Assembly: GCA_012295275.1 (NCBI GenBank)
Contig: CM022678.1
Coordinates: 18,352,001 to 18,416,000 of the forward strand
DNA: 64,000 nucleotides
Direction: 5' to 3'
Origin: Chrysomallon squamiferum
Lineage: Eukaryota; Animalia; Mollusca
Part shown: positions 1 to 13,000 of the stretch, one piece after another
Layout: each line of letters begins with the position of its first letter
How positions within the stretch are numbered: the stretch's first letter is position 1
Position numbers and translations under genes: made by a program
The notes under the pieces: model-generated
Told to the model about the DNA's origin: nothing
Database searches by the model: none
The model's input: the letters and a program-made list of their open reading frames with translations, nothing else

Positions 1-1583
1 AATGAAATGAAATACAACAAAAAATAAATGAATAAGTTAATAAATGAGATAATAAAAGTAGAAAAAAATAAGAAAAAATTAAAAACGAATCAATAAAACA
101 AAAGTAATTAGTAAATAAATATAATTATATAACAGTAATAAAAAATGAAAAGACAAAAAGAAATTAGAAGCAGCATTAATGATTAATGATAAAGAGTACA
201 ATAGTAGATGTGGAAGTAGTTATATTAGTAACAGTAGTAGTAGTAGTGATAACATAGGGAGCGTTAGTAGTTGTATCAGAAATAACAGAAGTAGTAGCAG
301 TAATAGTAGTAGTTTTCAGAAATAACAGAAGATGTAGTAGTAGCAGTGATAGTAGTAGTTTTCAGAAATAACAGAAGATGTAGTAGTAGCAGTAATAGTA
401 GTAGTTTTGAGAAATAACAGAAGTAGTAGTAGTAGCAGTAATAGTAGTAGTTTTGAGAAATAACAGAAGATGTAGTAGTAGCAGTAATAGTAGTAGTTTT
501 GAGAAATAACAGAAGATGTAGTAGTAGCAGTAATAGTAGTAGTTTTGATAAATAACAGAAGATGTAGTAGTAGCAGTAATAGTAGTAGTTTTGATAAATA
601 ACAGAAGATGTAGTAGTAGCAGTAATAGTAGTAGTTTTGAGAAATAACAGAAGATGTAGTAGTAGCAGTAATAGTAGTAGTTTTGATAAATAACAGAAGA
701 TGTAGTAGTAGCAGTAATAGTAGTAGTTTTTAGAAATAACAGAAGATGTAGTAGTAGCAGTAATAGTAGTAGTTTTCAGAAATAACAGAAGATGTAGTAG
801 TAGCAGTAATAGTAGTAGTTTGAGAAATAAAAATACTTTGAGAAACAAGTAGTAGTAGCAGTAATAGTAGTAGTTTTGAGAAATAACAGAAGATGTAGTA
901 GTAGCAGTAATAGTAGTAGTTTGAGAAATAACAGAAGATGTAGTAGTAGCAGTAATAGTAGTAGTTTTGAGAAATAACAGAAGATGTAGTAGTAGCAGTA
1001 ATAGTAGTAGTTTTGAGAAATAACAGAAGATGTAGTAGTAGCAGTAATAGTAGTAGTTTTGAGAAATAACAGAAGATGTAGTAGTAGCAGTAATAGTAGT
1101 AGTTTGAGAAATAACAGAAGTGTTTAGCCAGAAAGTTGGAGAAAACAGAAGATGTAGTAGTAGCAGTAAAAGTAGTAGTTTGAGAAATAACAGAAATGTA
1201 GTAGTAGTTTTAGTAGTTTGAGAAATAATAACAGAATTAGTAGTAGTGAAAGAAATAGTAGAAGTTTTGAGAAATAACAGAAAAATGAAATAAGTAACAG
1301 AAATGAAATTACAGAGTAGTTAGTAGTAGTTTTGGAGAAATAATAGAAGAAGTAGTAGTTTGTATAAAGAAATAACAGAAGATGTAGTAAGTAGCAGAAA
1401 ATAGTAGTGGTTTGAGAAATAACAGAAACAGTAGTAGTAATGTAAGTGATAAAATAAATAGAAGATGTAGTAGTAGTTTAGAGAAATAACAGAAGATGTA
1501 GTAGCAGTTGTAATAATAGTGAAATAACAGAAGATGGAAATTAGCAGTAATAGTAGTAGTTTGAGAAATAACAGAAGATGTAG
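1..1583 (-). pseudogene. Intron 1 of a partial B-type F-type lectin-PAN copy (B0); its downstream exons lie left of the window and its exon 1 is missing at the gap
   Basis: 1-275 matches B1 intron 1 (~14637-14911) and runs into the same 46-bp minisatellite. Confidence 0.6.
276..1583. repeat. 46-bp minisatellite array (roughly 28 units, truncated by gap)
   Basis: Unit GAGAAATAACAGAAGATGTAGTAGTAGCAGTAATAGTAGTAGTTTT; becomes degenerate towards the gap. Confidence 0.95.
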
Positions 1584-1783
1584 NNNNNNNNNNNNNNNNN
1601 NNNNNNNNNNNNNNNNNNNNNNNNNNNNNNNNNNNNNNNNNNNNNNNNNNNNNNNNNNNNNNNNNNNNNNNNNNNNNNNNNNNNNNNNNNNNNNNNNNNN
1701 NNNNNNNNNNNNNNNNNNNNNNNNNNNNNNNNNNNNNNNNNNNNNNNNNNNNNNNNNNNNNNNNNNNNNNNNNNNNNNNNNNN
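1584..1783. other. Assembly gap (200 N)
   Basis: Run of N. Confidence 1.
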
Positions 1784-2163
1784 CACTTGTTCACAAATAA
1801 AAGCATATTGAACCGATAATTTTATTCAGTACATTCTGTTGACATTTGAAACATGCATTATTTAACCTTGATATCATATGGTTTGAATGTTTTTGTACTA
1901 TACAAAAAATAAATTATTTATTTATTTGTTTATCATAAATATAATTCCTTTGTGCCATCTAACAACTGGTTTTGTATAACAATGAAGACTGAAATTAAAA
2001 CTCAAAATGAAAATTATATCATGAATGTTTTCTGTATGTGCAGTTACTGTATGTGTGCATCTGTGTCTGTATGTTTGTCTGTGAATGTAAGTTCTATCTG
2101 TCTGAAGTTTTGTATTCATGTAAATATATATATGTATGCATGTAGGTGGTGTGTATGTGTAAC

Positions 2164-2208
<45 letters not shown>

Positions 2209-3037
2209 ATGTATATAGAAGATGACTTTATTTTATTTTATTATAAATATTATATATTATCGTATACATAGATAGACGCATATTTACGTCTGTATACATA
2301 TATATATATTAGTGTTTGTGTATACGTAAATTTGCGTCTATCTATATATGTGTATGTACGTACATAATAAAATAAAATAAAGTGAAATAAGTAAGTAAAT
2401 AATTAGAAAATAAAATAGACATAAATATAAAATCATAAATCCTTAAGAAGGAAAACAAAATAAAGACAAAATAAAAAAATAAAAAAAATAAATAAATAAA
2501 GAAAATAAAGAAAAGAAGAAAAGAAAAAGAATGAGATGAAGAAGAAAAGAGGAAAGGGGTAATAAAAAAAAATTTTTTTTTTTTAGAAAATGGTTCTGTG
2601 CCGGATATATCTTTCGTTGCTGTCGGGTTCATGCACACCTAACTGAACCAATCCCTTGAAATACTTCACTGAAATAGATTGACACAGTCCGTTTTGGCGA
2701 TCTACGTTATTATTAATTACTGGCATAATACTTAAGAAGATCTGTCTATAAGCAGATCACTTTTTGACCGCAGACGTGAAAGGAAAAAGACTCAGGGCTG
2801 AAAGAACCACGCCGATTGTTGAAGAACGCTGTGACGTCACGAGCCAGCGAGAGTTTCGCGTCAGCGGGTTCAATCGTGTGTCTCTCAGAAGTATTGATGC
2901 CTTTGCTTCCTTCTTTCTTTGTCGTGTTACAGTCTTGACGTCATGGTTATAAATAACTGAAGTCTTTTGAAGTTCTCTTTATTTTATTTTTATTTCTGAT
3001 TTGCGTGATCTTTTTCACAGCGAGTATATTTGAGAAC

Positions 3038-3095
<58 letters not shown>

Positions 3096-5543
3096 AATAC
3101 AAACAAGATACTAAATTAAATTAAATTAATGAAATTAAAAATAAAACACGAGTACAGGAAATACTTTCAGCCGCAAATTAGAATAATCCCAGCTAACTTG
3201 AAAGTGAAGGCGGTTTCTAAAATAGACTCATTAACAAAATGACTTACCGTTTAATTGCTGATGTCATACTGACTTCACATAAATATATACATACTGCTAC
3301 AGCAACAGCACTACTTTACTCCTACTAGTGCTAGTACCATCACTAGTACGAGTACTACTACTACTACTACACTGCTACTACTATTAGAACTCTGCTACCA
3401 CCTCTACTGCCACGATTGCAATAACAACGGCTACTACTACTGCAGTTACAAAACGCACAACATCAACTACTGTTACTCTTACATTATTATTACTGCTACT
3501 GTTAAAGTGACGGATAACTACAACAACTACTACTACTGCAACATTGACTACAACGACATAACCATTAAAATAGCAACACCATAACGACAGCAGATGAACA
3601 ACAACAGCGATGCCTGTTATCTACATTGAAAACGACCGCTTTAACTACTACAACAACGTCAACAACAGCTACTTTGCTGCTAACTTAACAACTAATAATA
3701 CCGTCATCACTACACAGTGATAGCGACAACACCTACGATTGTTCTATTACTACAACCATGTCGACAGTAAAACTATTCCCTTTAAGAAAACTTCTGTCTT
3801 CTGTAACCGTTGATGTCATTGTTGATCATTCTATCGCAGTAGTTTTCAGAACTACATCCATCTGTCGACATTTTTAGAAATTGTTGCATGATCTAAAAAT
3901 AAATAGTGAGGTGGAAAAAGATGTGGGAGGAAAGAACATCAAGAAACAAAATAAAACAAAACGAAACAAACAAATACCAGTACTGTAATAATAAGAAGAA
4001 TAAAACTTAGCAAAAATAATATAAATTTGTAAAAATATTTATAATGATTATTATAATAGTAGCAATACAAAAATAAATAATAATGATAATAATTATGAAG
4101 TAATACAAATAATGATAAAATGATAATGATGATGATTGATTGATACAATAATAATAATAATAATGATGATGATCATCTTTTTCATCATCGCCCGAGAAAA
4201 TTTAATTTTCTCTGTTCTCCTCTTTCTATTATTTTGTTCTTTCACCTTTTTTATCATTTTTCAAAAGTCTTTTTTTTTTTCATTTATTTATTCATTCATT
4301 TCTTTTTCTTTTCATTTGGCTGTGACAAATGCAAAATGTTATTTACTATTTAGAACATTTCTACAGAGATAAATGGTTGTCTGTTAAATTGTCGTCTGCT
4401 ACAAAAAAATATAATAATAATAATGATAAAAATAAATTTTAAAAAACAAAAAGAAATAAAAAATAAAATAAAAATTATGCAAGAAAAGAAAGAAAATAAT
4501 AACAAGAAGGAAAACAGAACACATATATATATATATATAAATAAATACATTTAATGTAATTTAAATGAATGGCGAATACATGGACAAAATAAGTTATAAT
4601 TGATGCAATTTGAATACCAAAACGAGATGATTATCTGAAGGGAAACAACCTGTTTTACGGTGGACGAGTTAACGAGTTATCTCCTTCCAGTCTGTTATCT
4701 CAGCACGTTGATAGCTAAGCAATGTGGATAGAGGGCGTCATTCAGTGCAAGCGATCAGAGTAATTAGTTAGCATAAATAAAATAGTTGTATTGTGCAGTA
4801 AGCCTTCGTTAAGTGATGCAATGTGACGTACAATGTTAATAAATTGTCTTTATAAAATGCCAGTACGTATATAAATACATATATTTAGTATTTCTTAATT
4901 AAGGTAGATCATTTTGACCTCAGTCGTTTTAAAATTACCTTACCGAAGCTGTAAAAGTGTATTCATACACATATATACATACTGCCATACATACATACAC
5001 ACATTCATATGTACATATATACATACACACACACATACATAGATACATATGCATATACAAACACTGTTGTAAAGAATTATCATCAGTCTTTCGTCATTAA
5101 CACATTCTTTTAAAATCATCTAATATATTTACCCCAAAGTAAAGTGGACAAATAATCAGGAAGTAAACAAACAACACATTAACTTTAGTAGTTGCTGTAG
5201 TAGTAGTAGTAGTGGTGGTAGTAGTAGTAGTAATGATAATGACGATAATCTTTAAAACAGCAGGAATTACAAAAGCTCGTAAATAAATAAATAAATAAAT
5301 AAACAAGCAAAACAAACAAACAGTCAAATAAATAAAAATAGAAAAACAAATCATAAAAACAATAATAATAAGGAAAAACAATAATAATAATATTAATGAA
5401 AAAAGGTTTCGAGTAATTATATTATTAAAATAATCTTAATACAACCACAGTGGAAGGCAATACATTTTCTCATCCATTTCTTTCTAATTTTTTCTTTTCA
5501 TTATGCTCTGATACGCCTCGCTGAAAACTTGCACCGTCTTGGT

Positions 5544-5830
5544 CACTGGTTTTCAACCTTTTTCATACCGCGACCCCTTAAGAGTAACTCAATATGACCG
5601 AGGACCCTTTAAACATTTTGGTTGAATAATATCTAGAGTTACAATATTTTCATCAATCAAAGACAGTACAAAGGAACCTATATTCAATATATTGGGTCCC
5701 AGACCTATCTGTACGTTTTTTTGTTTATCCCTCCTTCAAGTCAAACTGGAATTAGTTAAAACACACCCCTCGCTTCAGGGAATGATCTCTCGACCCTATG
5801 TGGTCTAGGTGTTATAAATACACCTAACAA
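5544..5830 (+). mobile_element. Degenerate hAT-like non-autonomous DNA transposon remnant (copies start at 34682 and 46852)
   Basis: Begins CACTGGTTTTCAACCTTTTT...CCGCGACCCC, resembling the CAGTGGTTYYCAACCTTTT end of hAT/Charlie-type MITEs; matching right TIR and TSD not found, so the end is approximate. Confidence 0.4.
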
Positions 5831-7145
5831 TAGCATTAATATCTTTTGTTGTTATCGTTTAACTTGACTTAATAATAACAATAACAATAATAATGATGAT
5901 GATGATGAAGATGATAATAATAAGGATGATGATGATGATGATAATAATATCTACAACAACAAAACAACAAATAAATAAAAGAGAAAAGAGAAGAAAGAAA
6001 TAAATGTCTTACAGTTTGGTAATAGTAACAATGACGTTAATGCTTGTAGTGGTAATAGCACAAATAACAATAGCTGTTGTTCTAGTGGTAGTAGTAGTAA
6101 TAGTAGCAGTAGAAGCAGAACATGTAATTGTAGATGAAGTAGCAGTATAATAGTAGTAGCAATGAATGTTGTAGAAGTTGTAATAGTGGCAGTAGTTATT
6201 ATAATAGAAATATTTGCGGTAATAGTAATAATAATTGTAATAGTTGTAGAGTAAAAAAATTGCATGGTAGAGAGTTTAAAAGTAATATTAATTGCTTAAG
6301 TTATTGGACTACTTGGAGTAACATAATAATATTTACAATAATAATAGTACATCTGTTAGTAGTGCTAGTAGTAATACAAGTAATATTAACAAACTGAATA
6401 TAGTGTTAGTAGAAGCAGTAAAAATATTAATGTTAACAGTAGTAATAATAATTAAAATGGTAATATACGAAATAATACAAGTAGTAGTAGTATTTGTTAC
6501 ATTATAGTAACAGTTGTAATAAAAATAGTGTCATACAGATTTACTTTGTGTTTTAAGTAAAGGTTCAGCCTGCATTCAGAAATCGGTCCCACGTTTGCCG
6601 AATTGTGGCAGCTGTAAAACTAAAAAAAAATATTAGCATCAGCAGTTGCGATGTGATAGTGATAACAGCAGTAGCTTTTGGTATGTTGTCATACGATCTG
6701 CAGTGGTAGTGCAATAGTACAAAAGTGACGTAGATAAAGTAGCTGCATTGATATTAGTATTAAAGTTATTAGCTGTTGTGCTAATGCAAGTATTCTAGCT
6801 GCATTTCCGAGTTCATTTAACCACAAAAGATGTTTGCTATAAACAGGCAGCAATTAAAAACATCGTCGATATTTTCATCACAGATTTAAGTGATACTGTA
6901 CAGTACAATCCAGAAACAGGCTTCTCTAAACGCGTTCAAAAATTGGTCAGTTATACTGAAATCTTTAGCGTTTAGATCAATTGTGTTTAAACGTAAGATC
7001 AGACACTCTGGTAAATGACGTAAAACAGTAAACATCAAAATTCATTGTAATGACACAAGAGAGTTACGTAAGTCTGCCTGTAACGTCACCGATATACTTT
7101 TCTGACGTCATTTCATAGAAAGATTGGAAACAGTTTTTAGTGAAG

Positions 7146-8591
7146 TTAACACTGAGTGTTTTCAAGTAAGGGTTTTCGTTGATAAAAGACCCAAGGCTGC
7201 AGCTGTGTTGACGTTGGAACGGGAAAAGACACAAGATGACATTGTTGTGTTGTGTTTAAGTAATTGAATCAAAACAAGTAGGACTGCCGTTACACATCAG
7301 TGAACACTGCTGTTTTGTAAATCTTCCTTCTATCTGAGCAGACGGCGAAAACATCAGTCCAAAGTTTCCGTGAAAAGTAGAAGCTGAGCAGGAAGAATAA
7401 AAGTACAAAATAATTAAACAAGAACAGCAAAAAACAGATAAAACAACATAAAACAGCAATAAAACCAAAAACAATAAAATCAAATAAAAAATTAAATTAT
7501 ACTAAACAACAACAAAGAGACAATTAAAAAAAACAACGAAAAACAACAAAAAAAAAAAAAAAAAGAGTAAGAAACAATAAAAAAAAATAAAATAAAATAA
7601 AAAATAAAAATAAAAAAAGAGAAAGAAACAAAAAACATACAGACACGAAACAAAATAATGATCTATATACTAATTAAACAAAACAAACAAACAAACGGAA
7701 ACAAATAAATTAATTACAAAAATGTATATGAAATAATAATAAAATAAAACACTATCATACACGCACAAGCACAAATATAAAATAAAATAAAAATAGGTAA
7801 TTAAACAAAACACCAGTAAAATAAGATAATACATTATATTATAAAATAACAAGCAAACAAAACAATTAAATCTTCTGAGTTATAAAAGCCTTTTCTTTTC
7901 TTTTTTATATTTTAGTCTTTAAATAATAAAACTCACCAGAATATTTGGCGTCACAACCAAACACCATCACTTCACAAAGCGTTAGAACACCTTGAGGAAG
8001 AAATATTTTTACGTATCGCAGGTGTTACGTTGTCGCAGTGAAGAGAGATTGTCTCCCCGTTTGCCACTGGTTCAGTGTAAGTGATACACACACTGGGGCG
8101 CTGTTTTCAACGTACGTGAATATAGTGAAGTTTCGTAATCTGTCGCCTGATGTAAGGTAGAAGACATAAAATAAAATAAATAAATATTCAAATAATAAAT
8201 AAATAAAAAACTAAATAAATAAATTGATAAAACGAATACTGCTACTACTGGTGCTGTGACCGAAATAATAGGCATTTATTCTCAAACTATGTTATTTGAT
8301 TTTCATACTGTATTATTAGGAAAAAACTATGAAAATCTCTAAATCAAGTGTTTATTTATTTTATGTTTAAACTTTCTGGTGACTGTCAGCCTCAGTTAGA
8401 AGCACATAACACTAAGTATGTTGGATGTTTCTTCATAATTGATATTTGTACTTTAACACTTTAATAGTAGCAAAGGTTGAGGTTCAGTTACAAAATTGAT
8501 TTACTCGTTTTATACACATACACACACAAACAATATATATATATATATATATATAATAAGAAGAAAAATAATAACAATAATTCATACGTTT

Positions 8592-8634
<43 letters not shown>

Positions 8635-9433
8635 TAATAATAATAATAATAAAAAGAAACTTTATTGTTAGTAAAGACTTACCACAGCAGTCTCCACGGT
8701 TGACAATAGAAATCGTCTGAATGAAATAAAACCCGAGCAAGTCTACCTCCCACCATTGGTTGTGAGAGTAGCGTGTGTGGGTACATGACCAGGACATATA
8801 ATTTGGATTTGTGATGCCGTCCACGGCGTATTCAGACAAAGCAAGAAAGTTTCGATAATAAAACGACGACGACTGTTGTGTTGGTTTTCTTAAAGCCAGA
8901 TTAGTCGATCCAAAAGCTAAAGAAATCAAACAAACAAACCAAAAAATAAAAATACAATTTTAAATAATAAAAAGATAAACAATAAATAAAATAAAAATGC
9001 GTAAATTGGTTTTTAATGTTTTTTTGAAAAGTAAGAAAAGGATAATAAAATAAAATAAATAAAAAATAAAAATAAAATGAAATATAAGAAAACATAAATG
9101 AATAAGTAAATAAATGAATGAATAAAAGTAGAAAAAATAACAAAAAAGAAAAAAGAAAGAACAGTAATTAGTAATTAAATATAATTATGTAACAGAAAAA
9201 ATAAAATATAAATAAAAACAGAATAAATTAGAAGTAGCATTAATAATTAATAATATAGACAACAGTAGTAGCTGTGGAAGTAGTAATAGTAATATTAGTA
9301 ATATTAGTAGTAGTAACTGTAAAACAGTCTAGGAAGTGGTAGTATTATAGTATTAGTATTAGTGATAATTACAATAATGGTAGTAGTAGTAGTAGTAGCA
9401 GCAGCAGAAGCAGTTGTAGTATTAAGTGTATCA

Positions 9434-9512
<79 letters not shown>

Positions 9513-9592
9513 TTCAAGGTTTATTTCTTACCGTAAATGAAGAAAGTACAGGCCCAGGCTGTTAACAATTTGAACGAGAAAAAATCCTTCAT
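7146..9592 (-). pseudogene. F-type lectin-PAN copy A1; frameshifted as assembled (possibly an intact gene with consensus errors)
   Basis: Exons 9532-9592, 8683-8916 (intact), 7937-8146 (210 bp vs 213; 1-bp and 2-bp deletions), 7146-7383 (238 vs 239). Otherwise essentially identical to A2. Confidence 0.75.
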
Positions 9593-10080
9593 TTCCTTCT
9601 GTCTTTGCTTGTTGTCAACGTGAATAAAACTCCACTGACTAAATTTTTATTTTAAACTGTATTTCAGTGACAACTGAATAATTAAATACTGAAACGATTC
9701 AGATCACTGGCTCATACGACGATTTTGTTGTAGGAAAATGTAAATAAGCTTATAAATTTATTATGCTCTTATTATTATATACAACTGGGAGAACAAATTA
9801 CGAAATTCACCCTTTCCTTCACAGAATATTTGTCAGAAGGGATTCGGAAATCAATATACAACCTAAAATAAAAGAACAAATAAAAGATTGAGTTATCAGC
9901 CGAAGATTCAGTTACTATTTTCGCAGATAGCACGGTTACCTGATGTTTTGTTGGATCAAAAAAATCACTAGACTACTATTACAATGCTTGATTTGTTTAT
10001 AACACAGCTGAGCAAGAAGTCATGAATATTTGAAATGTTTTTTTTAATCCAATGTACTTTCTCTATTGATTTTGGCTATC
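9593..10080 (-). promoter_or_regulatory. Conserved 5' UTR/proximal promoter block of the lectin genes
   Basis: About 500 bp non-repetitive block upstream of the ATG in copies with exon 1 (from 17327, 28154, 38784, 51176, 57576; start only at 63864). Has TCAGT Inr-like and TATATAA-like words on the minus strand; TSS not determinable. Confidence 0.45.
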
Positions 10081-13000
10081 TCTTTTATATTAAAACTACG
10101 CAACAGCAACATTAATCAGATACGTAGCGATTTACTGAGACCAGCATAACCACCTACCTAGTTTCCCAGCATGTTTTTGCTATTTGACAAAATAATATAT
10201 GCGTATTTTTCTTTCATCTCTGAATGTCTGATGTTTTCAAACAGTGGAGAATGAAACGGCAAACGCAAGGAGGCAATGGAACCGTGAATTAAAATATTTT
10301 ATTTAGAATTAAGGATAGTCCACTCTGATAAATGAAACAGGTAAAACCTACTACTTTATTTGTTGGACTGTTCTGTCCAAGAGCACAAAAATATGTTTTT
10401 TAAGAATCATCTATTAAACAGCCTGTTATATAACACAGCGTGAAAAATCTCAATGGATTCCTGAAATAATAATTACTCCATATTAAGCTGCTTTTCTATT
10501 ATCCCTAAACAACAAAACAAAGACGATATTCATGTCAATACTAAAATTTATTTCGTATTCAAAATAGATGAAACATTCTTTTACTTCACGGAATTTTTCT
10601 TTTTTTATAAAGTAGTAATAACATATTATACAAATAACAGTTACTGATATAAAAAGACTGCATATTATGAAATTAATGAACATGTTCTGTACTCACGTTC
10701 TGTAATCAAATAAAATAAAGTAAGTAAATAAATATCAAAATAGAAATTATAATAATAATAAAAAGAAAGAAGTCATGATGAATAAAATTATTATGATAAA
10801 CCTTTTTTTTTTTCTTGTTATTTCTTTATGTGTTATAATTATTTTCTTTAACTTATATTTCGTCGTCATCATCAACATTATTAATATGATCTTTATTTTG
10901 TCGTTCTGAAAGTCAGTAAATTGTGAAATAACGATTATGACAAAAATATGAATCAAGTTATATTTATGACGTCATACTTTGCAATGGTAGAACCATAATT
11001 TTAAATGCTTCGTTGATGAACAGATCATATATAACTAGTCAACACATGCACATACACACACACACAGAAAGAACAAATCAAGCCTTGAGACTTCGGATAA
11101 ACTTCAGTAACAGAATCAAAAGAGTGGCAAGTGACGTACAATGTTTATGACGTCATACATTATAACAGTCAGAATCCTAGGTCAACTAGGAAAGAGACAC
11201 ACAGAACACAAGACATACTAACGTGTTTGAACTGTATAACAGGTCTCGTACGATGTTTATGTCGTCGCATATTACAAAATACGGATGTTCTAAATAGATA
11301 AATAAGAGGCAGAATTATATTCTAAACGTGTTTAAAAGCGAAAACATCTGACTATTTTAGAAACCTCCACAATTAAAAAGATATATAAAACTACAGATTC
11401 AATGACGAGAAATGTTAACAGAACAAGGAAAATAAAACGGTAGCAAGGTCGCAGAGCCAAAAAAAACAAACAAAGAACAATAATAAAAAAAGAAAAAAGA
11501 AAAAACAGAAACAACAACACTAAAACCAAAAAACAACACAAAACATCAGGCATGGAGAGAGAAAACAATATTTATTATTATTATTATACAACTGTATTTT
11601 TTAAAACACAGAAATAAATAAGATTGAGATTACCTAATTTGATCACTCGTATTTGGATTCTTGAATAGAAACGAAACAGATATACTTCGAGTCAGACAAT
11701 GAAGTAAACCTTTTAGAAGGTAACTAATGAAAATAATGACTGTATAGATTAACAAAGCATGCCCAAGATATTGAAAATATATAGAAAATATAACTGTTAA
11801 CCTTATTCAAAAATTACAAAACCATTAAACATTTCAACACCATTAAACATTTGAACACCATAACGACAGGAGATAAACAGCAACAACAATACCTGTTATC
11901 TACACTGTAAATAATAATTACTACTTCTACAACTACTACAACAACTTCAATAACAACTACTGGTGCTGCTGATAACTTAACAACAACTAATAATACCGCC
12001 ATCTCTACATATTATAGAGACAAACATTGACAACAACTACAGTTGTTGCTACTACTACTACTACAACCATGTCGACAGTAAAACTATTCTCTTTAAGAAA
12101 AATGTCTTTCTGTAAAGTGCTGATGTCATTGTTGACTCTATTCTGTCGCAGTTTTCAGAACCGCTAATTCATCTGTCGACATTTTAGAAATTGCTGCGCG
12201 ATCTAATAATAAATAGGTGAGGTGGAAAAAGATGTGGGAGTAAAAGAAAATATTAAGAGAACAAAAACAAAAACAGAAACAAAACAAAACAAATAGCAGT
12301 ACTAACAGTAAGAAGAACAAAACAAAGAACAGCAACAACAACAACAACAACAAAAAAAAAAATAATAATAATAATAAATTTAATAAAATAATTATTAGTT
12401 GTGGGGTTAATGTTTTTACTCTTAGCTGCATTTCCGAGTTCATTTAACCACAAAAGACGTTTGCTATAATCAGGCAGCAATTAAAACCATCTTCGATATT
12501 TTCATCACAGATTTACGTGATGCTGTACGAGTATAATCCAGAAACACGTTTTTCAACGCGTTCAAAAAATTGGTCAGTTATTCTGAAATCTTTAGCGTTG
12601 AGATCAGTTGTGTTTAAAGGTAAGATCAGACAGTCTGGGTAAATGACGTAAAACAGTAAAGATCAAAATTCATTGTAATGATAGAAGAGAGTTACGTAAC
12701 TCTGCATACAACGTCACCAATATACTTTTCTGACGTCATTTCATAGAAAGATCAGAAACAGTTTTAGTGAAATGAACATTGAGTTTTTTCAAGTAAGGGT
12801 TTTCGTTGATAAAAGATCCAAGGCTGTAGCTGACTTGACGTTGGAACGGGAAAAAGACACAAGATGACACTGTTGTGTTGTGTTTAAGTAATTGAATCCA
12901 AAACAAGTAGGACTGCCGTTACAGATCAATGAACACTGCTGTTTTGTAAATCTTCCTTCTATCTGAGCAGACGGCGAAAACATCAGTCCAAAGTTTCCAT

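Noticed and set aside
7937-8146. Compensating frameshifts in A1 exon 3 (-1 and -2) as a functional variant
   Set aside because: The shifted segment reaches TAA before the frame is restored; the indels look like long-read errors
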